This document shows positions 40,501-51,327 of a stretch of 64,000 bases of DNA, in pieces. Numbering within the stretch: the stretch's first letter is position 1; each line of letters opens with the position of its first letter. Below the pieces are notes generated by a model. It saw only the letters and a list, made by a program, of their open reading frames with translations, had not been told where the DNA came from and searched no databases. Both the position numbers and the translations under genes were made by a program. Origin of the DNA: Nemertoderma westbladi (taxonomy: Eukaryota > Animalia > Xenacoelomorpha); the NCBI GenBank assembly GCA_032718475.1, contig JAUCBJ010006851.1:1-64000 (forward strand), written 5' to 3'.

Positions 40501-42217
40501 TTCATTAATCTTCTGGGATAAACCCTGCAGACTCTGCTCCATTTCATATCTCCAATTCGAATATTGGTCTATTGGTGACCATCCCATTTTATTATTGTAT
40601 ATAGCATTTGTGTGTTTAGGAATGGTTCCGCCTATACTTGTAGAGTATTGCATGGATATTGGAGGTGGTACAGGTATTGATTGTATCCTTGGATGTAAGA
40701 TAGCCTTTGGTTCTCTCGAGGTTTGATACCTCAGTGAAGATAATTGCGGTCTATTTCCACTTCCAGGATTCTTCTGGAAATAGTGGGAGGATGGTGCCAT
40801 CTCAGTGTCCTGCCGCTCATATCTAATCTCTGAGGTTACATGTTTTGGCTCAATTCTACCAGGTTTAGGAGTTCCTTTTGCCTCTTTCAAAGCCTCTGAT
40901 TCTAGGAGAATTCTATGTTTTTCCGGTGGAATTTCGTCAGCTCGCCTCTTGTTAGGTACTGGTGGGCAAAACTCAACATGATGTGACAAGTCGGGTTGGG
41001 TGGTTACAACATTGACCTTCATTCTCTTTCTATCTTCTAGGTTTTTGTCTATCAAGTGATCCTCTTGATTTTCTTCCATAACCAACCGATTCAAATCAGG
41101 TACCAGGGGTTGCTGTAAATATCGCTGCAAAGTCTCGGAACTGGGATTAATTGGAGATGAGCTGATAGGTCCTGTTGCAGCTGGTAGCAAAGACTGCCCT
41201 TCTTGTCCAATTGAAACAAAAGGGGCATCATCCAGGATGGTGTCATTTACTTCCTGCAGCTGGGACTGCAGACGGATAAATTTCTGTTGTTGATCTAGGG
41301 CATCATTCTGCAATTGAAACTCCATATCTTTCAGTTTCTTCTGTTCCGCTAACTCCTCAAATATATTATCTTGATGACGTTGTTCCGCAGCAACTCTTTC
41401 TTCAACCTCTCATTTCTTAGATTGGGCTATCCTTTCTTCCACAGCTTGTTGGTTGGCTCTCTTCTGGGAGCTCAGTATTATGTTATCTCTCAGTTGTTGT
41501 GCTTCTGTTTGCTTTCGTTGAGTGATCAATTCTTCCTGTTGTTGATATTCCTTACGGCGACGATCCCTATGTTTCTTTGCTATTTCAAAGCGTTGCATCC
41601 GGTCCTCCCCTTTTGAAGAGGCAACACTGCTTTCGCTTAATGTGCAGGTCGGGGGTGAAAATAGAGGCATCATTACTCCTGCTGCTCCACACCATTTTTG
41701 GTATAGACTAGATATTTTTTGGTATCTGCCATCGTGCTCACGTGCACGCATCTGTAATCTATGATCAAGAGTGTCCAATTGTCGGGCCTTGGCAACGAGA
41801 TGTATCCACTCCAAATGAGACATAAGGCGTTGTCGTTTTGCTTCTAATTCAACATTCCATGTGTATACTTCGTCTGGACGGTGAGCCTGGAAGCCTGGGT
41901 GACTCGGGGGTGAGTTTCGCTTCCAATGTGTTTAGATACTGTGTCGACGCTGATAAATATCCGGAGCTTATGTGGTCTAAACGTTCACAAGAGACAGTGG
42001 GGTCAATACCCTCCAATTTCAACTGCATACAAGCTGATAAGTAGGAGTCTGTGGCTCTCTCACTAAGAGGTCTCGTTGTTACAGCTAATAGCTGGTGTTC
42101 TTCTGATTTGGTTTCATCACTTTCTTGCTGTGGGGGAACTACTGTTAAGTCAGAAGCTGATGGCGAATTGTTCGGATTTTCCCCATCCGTGGTATACTGT
42201 CTATTATCATCAGACAT
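34563..42217 (-). pseudogene. gag-pol: E2 gag-pol, broken into at least 6 ORF pieces
   Basis: Motifs KFSGAADDW, CYNCLSSLHLRSHC, LVDTGS, YMDD, HVFVDAC and GVDMFGP/ADNGGNF/YERLV. Confidence 0.92.
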
Positions 42218-43513
42218 GTTTAAAATTGATATATGAAATATTCAACAAAGGCCTAATAAAGCCAAATGGTCTGAATGTCTTAAAAAGAAATAGGCTTACT
42301 ACTACTTTTACTGAACCGAATATAAATGTTGGGTACTCTATCTGTACCTATTGGGAGCAGTAGGGAAGCGTAATATGATATCCCTTTTTCACAAAAGATT
42401 GTATTCAATCGTGGTCAGTGGATAGCCTAAAAGATTAAAATTGGCTGAAACAGACAGGTAGGTACCGATACTGTGTTTATATTTTAAACTTAACTGCAGA
42501 ACTGCAATGAAAAACTAGTTACTTACAATTAGGCAAACACAAATATATTTACAGAATTAATAGGATTTATTGCTAGACTGAAGCAATTAATTACTCATAA
42601 GACGAGGGTGAATAATGTCTATATTGTAAATATTGAAGTAGGGCCTACCTAGATACACAATTAAATAGGCCTATGCACTATGGCGGCTTGGGCTGTTGGG
42701 CAATGTATTAAATACTAAATACATATAGGCTAGCTATATACTGATATTTATATAGATACGAACCATATATTGGTAGATACTAGACAGTCTCTCAGTGCCT
42801 ATACTCAGATATCGGTACTTTATATATATAATAACGAAATAACGTCTGAGTTGAGTATATGTAGGACGTTATTACCTTTAATATTATTATATAATAATAT
42901 TAATATACACACTTTAATAGACAATAATAGCCTATCAAATACTGGTACTGAAATTGGTTAACTCGGTCTATCAACCAGTTATGAGTTCTGGAGTTAACTA
43001 GGTTATATACCGTACAGATATATAGATATATACCGGTATATATAGCAGTATAGGCTGATAGGCAAAACTCCTGATACCGGTATACCACTAAATCTGAACA
43101 GAAGCAGAGAAATGTCGCAATATAAAAGGCTGTTTGCAGGTTTGGCCAATTAAATGTCAGAACGCGGTTTGACATTGACAGTTTGATTCAGCCGGTAAAC
43201 ATATAGGTTTGTGCCAAAAATTAAATTAAATTTGGCGGAAAAACAATAATAATGACTTGGATTGATTATAATTTTTCCAGGGCAAATTTTCAACCGGTTG
43301 CGGAAGTGAACGTCTGTCCTACCCAGCGCATTTACACTGCGGTTGATGACCAACTGACAAAAGACACTCGATATGCGAGGTAATCTAAAGTAAATTGATC
43401 GCAGACTACAGAGTCTTTGGTGAAGAGCTGCCGTAGTCCACTAATCACCAAGGCTGCTGAGCCAAGGAAATTGTGAAGAACTGCGATTTTATTTTAAATT
43501 CTAAAGTTCTTAT

Positions 43514-44115
43514 TATCACGTTGGCTAAAAGAATCCTTTGTGAAGATTCTATAGCCGGGAAGGAAATAAGGAGGGCTGGTTGCAGTACTCCAAGTATTTC
43601 TTCCCCTGGGCCACGTGTAAGCCTTGACTGGGCTGATAATTCTAGAGCTCCTTTTATAAGGATGTCCAAACCTCTCAAACAGACTCCAGGCTCTCCCTGC
43701 ACCTTAATATAAATACCCAAACTGCCAAACCCAATAGAGTTACCTGATTGCCAAAGTTACCTTGCTCGCTTGACCGCGAGTAAAGCCCCTCCCCACGGTG
43801 GAATAGAGTGACGGAAATATAAGTTGTAAACCCACGATATAATAGAGAATGGACGACGGTCCCGGTGACCTGGTGGATTATTCTAGGCACTGGTGAGTAA
43901 TGTTGTCTGTTATTGTAGGATTGGGAACATATCCCATAAGAACTTTATGAATTTTCCCAGTCAGTAGTTAGCAGTACAGCAGTATGCCTACATCGGTAGG
44001 CTACTCTCTGTGTTGCAGGAGTAGTGCAGTCGTGTCCTGTCACTTCTGCTGTCTGCTATCTGATGGATACCGGAAGTGTCATTTGTCATTTTACAGGCCA
44101 CCAGGTGACATCATA
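43514..44115 (-). repeat. E2 5' LTR
   Basis: Direct repeat of 32111-32712. Confidence 0.93.
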
Positions 44116-44704
44116 ATCAAGGGTAACTGTCCCCTCCATATCTCCATGTCGCATGACTTATTTGGGTCTGAGAGGTTTGGGGTTTTTGTTCTTGGCTGCG
44201 TGTATTGCTGATACTGCAATGGGGGAATGTCACCCTGCCCCCCCTCCCCCCCACCGGTGTTATGTTTGGTACTGGGGTTGATGTTATCATGTTGGGGCCC
44301 ATGCACCTATCGGCAATACCTCCCCCCTCCCCTGGGTATATATTATATCCCTGCATGTTATAGTCTATCTTTCCCAGCATGGCCTATAGTATGTGCAGTA
44401 AGGCCTACAGTATGTCCTGCAGTCTGCCTGTGTCCTTCCAGACCGAAGTTTAATCTTCTCGAATATTCCGAGAAGTCCTCCCTGTGACTACCATATTCTC
44501 GATCGGCAGCTATGTTCCGACGGGAAGTTTCTCTCCAGTCCCCTCTCCTGTTTTCATCCTCGTACCGGTACACTCTGCACCCCTCCCTCGGTGTGTGGTA
44601 TATTTTACCAGGTTGTGTTTATCCGGTGTGACAGCAATCTCCTGGAGTACGACCCCACCGGTTCTCTTTCTCCATCTCGACTACTGATGGTTCTCTATCC
44701 GTCA

Positions 44705-45200
44705 TTCCCCTCCGGTTGCTCGTAGCAACACTTCCTCCTCGCCTTGTCCGATTCCAGTGTAGTGTCCTCCCTCGTGCGATCTCGCTTCGACCTCCCAGAT
44801 AAACTCCACTGTTCTCCTTCCGTCTTCCGACTGGGCTCAATGTCTTCTCGCTCGCCCGCTCACGGCGCCAACGTCTCTCCCTCTGCCTGGTTGGATGGCC
44901 CTGGGGATATTCGCAGTCCCCCTACTATCCTCTGTCGTCGGGCGACTATCCGTCCTTCCCCTCCGGTTGCTCGTAGCAACACTTCCTCCTTGTCTCCTCG
45001 CCTCGTCCGATTCCAGTATAGTGTCCTCCCTCGTGAGATCTCGCTTCGACCTCCCGGATAAACTCCACTGTTCTCCTTCTGTCTTCCGACTGGGCTCAAT
45101 GTCTTCTCGCTCGCCCGCTCACGGCGCCAACGTCTCTCCCTCTGCCTGGTTGGATGGCCCTGGGGATATTCGCAGTCCCCCTACTATCCTCTGTCGTCGG
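44705..45200. repeat. ~255-bp tandem duplication in the E4 remnant
   Basis: cctccc.gataaactccactg occurs at 44791 and 45050. Confidence 0.9.
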
Positions 45201-45922
45201 GTGCCATGGCTCACGTAACTCACCACGCACATTACCCGTCGATGGTCATGGGACATTCTCTGCCCCCCCCCCTCTCGCCCTCCGTCGGGTGCCACGGTTC
45301 ACTCAACTCACCGCGTACATTACCCGTCGGCACTCGTGGGACATTCTCTGCCTCCCCCCCCCCCCCATTCACCATTAATCGCTTGTGGTGGGGTGCCCGC
45401 AGCCCCCCCCCCCCATCCGTCACCTCTTACTTCGCCCCCCACGCTCCCCTCTAGTCGACGCGTTATTTCTACCCTCATTGGGTTTATTCACCCCCGCTAC
45501 TCTCTGCTGAACTGCGTAGCCTTGCAGGCTCTCATTGGGCAGATCGCTTGTTATTGGGATCGGAAATAAATGAATACCAGCTGCATCAGTTTATTAATGG
45601 TCGACATACAGAACAGCATATCAAACAATAATATGAACCAACAGACCAACGAACACACCCACCACCTTACAGCACATCAGTACAGCAGTACAGTAGGTAC
45701 CGGTAATGGTTACTGTACCTACAGACCTAGAAGATAGGAAAGACTGAATACCGGAATACCAGAAGAGGACCGGTAGGTAAAAGACCAGTAGGTTTGATCT
45801 AACCACCACCAAGCCAGGGTCTACTAGAGCCCTAACAATACATAATCTAACATCTCCCCCAAGAACAATGTAGGAGACATTTGTACTGAAAAAAAAAATC
45901 CAACCACCACCAATAGGTCAGT

Positions 45923-48900
45923 TCATTGAACTCCGAATCTTGCTGGTTGCTTGTGAGTTCTCGAACAGCGCCTGGGAAGATCATCAGCAAACTGTACCTG
46001 TTTTTGAGGCGTTATGTCACGAAGAGAAGAGTCATCTGGGATGGAACGCAGATAACGACGATTTCTCCAATACACCCGACCATTGTCTAGTTCTATCCTG
46101 TAATCTCGCCTAGTACCACGGGAAAGGACGATACCAGATTTGTTCCATAGTTTGGAATGTGCACTCTGGATGCAAACTCGGGAACCAATAGGAATCGGGG
46201 TTAAGTCGTGAGCATGATCATTATAATATGATTCAGTTGCTGAAGACGTTGAAGGACCAGGGATAGGGAATGAATCACCTACCAGTGTGGACGAATGAGC
46301 TGGTATAGTGGAACGGAGGGATCTACCGAACAACAGTTGAGCTGGAGACATACCATGTTCTTTAGGAGTATTTCTCCATTCCAGCAAACCACGAACAAAG
46401 CAAGTAGAGTTTAGATCTCCTTTGATATCTAACTTTTTTATCAATGATTTCATGGCCTTTACAGCCCCCTCTGCATGGCCATTAGACTGAGGATACTCAG
46501 GAGTAGAATACTCAGGGATGATATTCCATTCGGATAAGAAATCATGATAACGTGCTGAATTAAATTGTGTACCACCATCAGAACGAAGGCGTTTTGGAAT
46601 ACCAAAATCTTTGAACCATCCTCGAAGAGCTGAAATAACTTGAGTGCTGGAAGGATCAGCACGCCAAGAATAAACGCATGGCCACCCAGAATATCTATCG
46701 ACATAAACCAGGTATGACCAGGTGCTGAAGTAGAAGAGATCAGCAGAGCAATCCTCCATTGGAAGACATGGATGAGGGTCGCTTTGGAGAGACTCTTTAG
46801 GTAAACTTGGTTGATAAAGTTGACACTGGGGACAAGAATTGACTATGTTTGTAATATCGCTATTGATACCAGGCCAGAATACAGTTTGCCTAGCTCTCCT
46901 CTTAGAACGTTCAATGCCCTGATGAGCATCATGAAGGTGCTTCAGGACATTCTTGCGGAGGGAAGATGGAATTACAATCCGGGAACCTAATAAAAGAAGA
47001 TTATCTTCACAAGATAACTGATGTCGCACATTCCAGAATGGGCGTATGTGCACAGAACATTGTGTGGATGTTGAGGGAAATCCAGAAATAACAGCATCCA
47101 CCAAAGCCATGTAAGAAATATCATCCTTTGCAGATGATCGGATAGACTCAATATATGAATCCTTGAGATGACTTGGAGCATCAGAGACAACAATTGAGGT
47201 AGACACGTGACGAATGACTGCAGAAACATGGTCATTGACATCTGTATCACAAAGAATATCCTCTGGAGTAGGATCCGAAACAGGGGCACGGGAAAGTGCG
47301 TCTGGAATGGAATGTTCACTTCCCTTTCTCCATGTTGTATTGAAGAAATAAAGGCTGAGTTTCTCTTTAAGACGTTGGATTCAGGGATTGTCTATCATAT
47401 CCAAAGTATAATTGTTTAGGATAGGAAGAAGAGGTTTATGATCAATTACCAACTCGAATGATGGGAGACCCATAAGATACACCTTACACTTCCTAGTAGC
47501 CCATACGACGGCTAACAGTTCAAGCTCTATCATTGCATAACGTGATTCAGTGTCAGTGATGAATCTTGAACCGCACTGAATGAGTTTCCAAAAGCTGTCG
47601 TGTTTCTGAAGAAGTGAGAAACCAAGACCCTTCAAACGTGAAGCATCTGTCTGCAACATTGTAGGCAGCAATGGATCATATGGAGCTAGAATTGGAGGAC
47701 TTACAAGAGCTTTCTTAACTGCTTGAAATGAAGTTTCTTGGGGTTCTGACCAACAGAAGACATTTTTAACTTTAAGAAGGTCCCGAAGAGGGCCTGCCTT
47801 TTCGCTAATAGAGGAAGTGAACTCACCTAGTTGGTTCACAAGACCCAAGAAAGATCTAAGTTCAGAAATGTTGGTCGGAACAGGAAAGTCAGCAATGGCA
47901 TTAAGTTTGGAAGGATTTGCTTGAATACCATTACTACTAATTATATATCCTGCGAAGCACACCTCAGGGGTAGCTAATTTGAATTTCGCAGCTTTGAGAC
48001 TGATCTGGTGTTCACGACACCGATCTAGAACGGCAATAATATGTGCGAGATGACTGTGACCATCGGAAGAATGAATTAGAATGTCATCAACTACTTTAGC
48101 AATGCCATCCAATCCCTGTAAAGCTATATCACCACGAAGACAAAACACATCTTGTGCTGAAGTTAATCCCATGGGATTCCTAAGAAACTTGAATCGACCC
48201 CAAGGGGAAATGAATGTTGTTAAATTCTGACTGGATTCATCAAGAGGTATCTGCCAATATCCATCGTTGGCATCTAATGAAGAAAAGAAGCAATCTGATG
48301 GAGAAATCGAATTGACAGCCTCACGAGGAGTAACCGATGGATGATATGGACGTTTAACATGTTTGTTTAGTATAGTCAAATCAACACAAAGGCACCAACC
48401 GCCTGTTGGTTTAGGAACTACAACAAGAGGATGGACCCAATCAGTTGGTTCGTTATCCAGAACTGGACAAATAATACCTTGTTCAACCATTTTCTCTAAG
48501 CGAGCTTTAGCCCAGTCTCTAATGGCTAAAGGAAGTTGCCTGGCTGTATGAATAGCATATGGTTGGGCATCATCTTTTAATGAAATGGTCATGGGTGGGC
48601 CATTCATTGGACGAAGTTTGTCATCTTGGTCAAAAACATCAGAATAAGCCTTTATGAGTTTCTGCTTAACAGTATCCAATTCTGAAGGCGAAGGTTCATC
48701 AGAAAGATGGAAGTCAACCTTGAATGATGTTGTTGGAATTGAGTTTTTAATACCAATAGGTGACATATTAGAAGAATTAGAAGAAGCAACAGACTGAATT
48801 TCTGCCACTGGTTCTGGATATGAACTTGAAATAATTCCTAGGTTTTGACAAGTATACCATGCCAAAAGAATTCCATCGACTTCTTCACAAATGCAGATGA

Positions 48901-49174
48901 GCTCATCAGTTGAATATTCGCCATAGGAAATTGTGGTGTGGAGGAGACCAATGCATGAAAGAAGACTACCATTAGCAGCAGAAAGATCTTCATGGTCTAG
49001 TGGAAGTAAATTTTCTTTGTCAATAGAAAGGGCCTGAAGAAAATCTAAGCCGGCAACAGTGGCCTCAGCACCAGTATCTGGAGTTGCTTTAAGAGAACCG
49101 AATAAATGTCCTGTTGCGATATGACAGAAGTTCAGAAATACTTTCGGAGCTTGTCGATTATGGCTTCCAACCAA
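45923..49174 (-). pseudogene. pol: E5 pol (PR, RT, RNase H, IN) with one in-frame TGA at 47381
   Basis: Motifs DTGA, VVDD, TDAS, H-H-C-C, SDGGTQF and PQSNGHAE. The two ORFs are in the same frame. Confidence 0.93.
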
Positions 49175-50253
49175 ATTGAGGGTGATGCGGCTAATGGGTT
49201 TTGTCTTGGAGATTTTGAAGATGAATTCGAATTATTTTGTTTAGACCGACAAACATTGGCAAAGTGGCCTTCCTTGCCACAATAAGAACAATCTTTGTTC
49301 CTTGCTGGACAGTCAGCGCGTTTATGGTCTGTTTTACCACAACCATAACAAACTATAGGGCCAGTAGTTGAAGAATTGTTTCTGGAATTGGATTTAGAAG
49401 AATTGTTGCGCCTGGAATTATAAGGCTTTTTGTTGTGAAAACGAGATTGTCGAGAAGCTTGGTTGATTGAAGGGTTTTTTAAATCCTGAACTCCAGCTTG
49501 GGCTGATTCCTCAGACCTACAAAGATTTACAGCATCTTCAAGCGATGGAAATGGAGTCAATGCAAGAAGTTTAGATCTGGTGTCCTCGCAAGAAATACCA
49601 GACATAATTCGAGTAGTCAACCGCCGATCGAAACAATGACGACATAGATCAGCATCTCGAGCAAGATCTTTAATAGCAACCAGGTAGCTATCAAAATTTT
49701 CACTTTGACATTGTTTCCTATTATCAAAATGAACACAATCAAGGGCTATATTCCGTTTACCACGAAAATAACTTTGAATACAATCTATTAACACCTGAAC
49801 TGTTAAAGGATTATCATGTGTGTCAGGAGGAATGTCAATAACTTGTTCCAGTGTAGAGCGCATACCTATAGAAAGGTAACTCCTGAAAATACAGATTTGC
49901 CTATCCCTAGCCATTCTATCCATCTGAAATGCAGAATAATAATCCGCCCAAACCGACTTCCAAGTTTCAAATTTTGCTAAACTGAAATCCGGTTCTAAAG
50001 CAATTGGTGCTTTAATTTGAAGATTACGAGGGGTTGAGTCAGCCTGATGAACTACAGGTTGATGTGGTTGACCAAGTAATTGTTGAAATTGATGGGCATT
50101 TTGGGCTTGGGATTGTGCTAAGGAATCAGCCAAATCGCGTTGTGATTTAACTAAAGCATGTAGAAGAGCTGAGGTGGGATCAGGATTACCACGACCAGCC
50201 AACTGTTCTCTTAAAACCTCCAGTTCAGTTTCGAGTTCAGCTTTAGTAGGCAT
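49132..50253 (-). CDS. gag: E5 gag with two CCHC knuckles
   Basis: Motifs CYGCGKTDHKRADC and CSYCGKEGHFANVC. Confidence 0.92.
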   Translation of the reverse strand: MPTKAELETELEVLREQLAGRGNPDPTSALLHALVKSQRDLADSLAQSQAQNAHQFQQLLGQPHQPVVHQADSTPRNLQIKAPIALEPDFSLAKFETWKSVWADYYSAFQMDRMARDRQICIFRSYLSIGMRSTLEQVIDIPPDTHDNPLTVQVLIDCIQSYFRGKRNIALDCVHFDNRKQCQSENFDSYLVAIKDLARDADLCRHCFDRRLTTRIMSGISCEDTRSKLLALTPFPSLEDAVNLCRSEESAQAGVQDLKNPSINQASRQSRFHNKKPYNSRRNNSSKSNSRNNSSTTGPIVCYGCGKTDHKRADCPARNKDCSYCGKEGHFANVCRSKQNNSNSSSKSPRQNPLAASPSIWLEAIIDKLRKYF

Positions 50254-50452
50254 ATCTGACTGTTGAATATTAGAGAAATTTCAGGAAATTAAATATCCGA
50301 AAAAATTTGAAAAATCCAAAAAGAAAAAATTTTGCAAAAATGTGCAAAACTTTTGCACGCAAATCAGCCCAAATCTGTAGTTATCGAATACTGACAGACT
50401 GGAATACCGCCTGACTGCTGAATGTGAATTGAATAGGTACCGGTAGTTATAA

Positions 50453-50617
50453 TTAGGCTAGCGGGCGTCGCTGCCTACCCCTCACGGCCCCCGGACAGCG
50501 CAAGGTCCTCAGCGCCGATGTAGGCTACCGTCGTCGCTGTGTTTTGCGCCAACGTAGTAGCTACACAACGACAACGATAACCAGCGCGAGTCACTCCACT
50601 GTCCGTCCCAAGGGCTT
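50453..50617 (-). ncRNA. Conserved structured cis-RNA module, copy B (E5 5' leader)
   Basis: Homologous to 13844-13999 with pairing-compatible changes. Confidence 0.7.
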
Positions 50618-50785
50618 AGTTTAGAAGAGTACTGGAGTAGGTACACCACCAGAAGTATAGGTAGGTAGCTAGGCCTAGATCAGAATCAGTAGAGGCGACC
50701 GGTAGAATAATATTGAATTATCTAACCTGCTGAATGCACTGGAATGTCCACCATTTGAATAGGGTTGTAGGAACATCAAGTACAT

Positions 50786-50795
50786 CACTGCGCCA
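50786..50795 (-). promoter_or_regulatory. E5 primer-binding site TGGCGCAGTG (tRNA-Ser-like)
   Basis: Immediately follows the 5' LTR. TGGCGCAG is complementary to a tRNA-Ser-type 3' end. Confidence 0.8.
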
Positions 50796-51327
50796 TATTG
50801 GGATCGGAAATAAATGAATACCAGCTGCATCAGTTTATTAATGGTCGACATACATAACAGCATATCAAACAATAATATGAACCAACAGACCAACGAACAC
50901 ACCCACCACCTTACAGCACATCAGTACAGCAGTACAGTAGGTACCGGTAACGGTTACTGTACCTACAGACCTAGAAGATAGGAAAGACTGAATACCGGAA
51001 TACCAGAAGAGGACCGGTAGGTAAAACACCAGTAGGTTGGATCTAACCACCACCAAGCCAGGGTCTACTAGAGCCCTAACAATACATAATCTAACACTTG
51101 TTCTCCCTACTTTTGTATTAATTGCACCGTTAATAGTTTCGCCCTGCTGGTCCACTGCGTTATTAATTGCATTATTTTGATTATTTTCTCCACTGTTATT
51201 TATTATATTATTATTTGAATTGTTATTATTTAAATTATTTGAATTATTTTGCCCTACATTATTTATATTATTATTTAAATTATTTTGTATATTCGAAGAG
51301 ACGGTAACAATACCTGCAATATCCTAC

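Larger units (their letters stand above)
32111..44115 (-). mobile_element. E2: BEL/Pao LTR retrotransposon (~12 kb), degenerate
   Basis: 602-bp LTRs (~97% identical by eye), an AGGGAGCGG PPT, an imperfect TSD atcgg/atcaa and BEL pol motifs. Confidence 0.93.
45552..51096 (-). mobile_element. E5: Ty3/Gypsy (Mag-like) LTR retrotransposon, 5.5 kb
   Basis: 301-bp LTRs (45552-45852; 50796-51096; 4 differences), TSD CTTGT, PPT GGGGGAGA, a PBS, two-knuckle Gag and PR-RT-RH-IN order. Confidence 0.96.
30582..51327 (-). mobile_element. E4: old BEL/Pao gag-only remnant, fragmented by nested insertions (pieces ~30582-31129, 31849-32110, 44116-45551, 51102-51327)
   Basis: Removing E2 and the MITE restores an in-frame gag segment (..RGQLP|PMIYPTQG..KFNGSKPEEYLQFRLLY..MQAECL|KYLQVYTGRPAYDIM..). 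An LTR-like segment starts tgtgac at 30582. Outer boundaries are uncertain. Confidence 0.65.
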
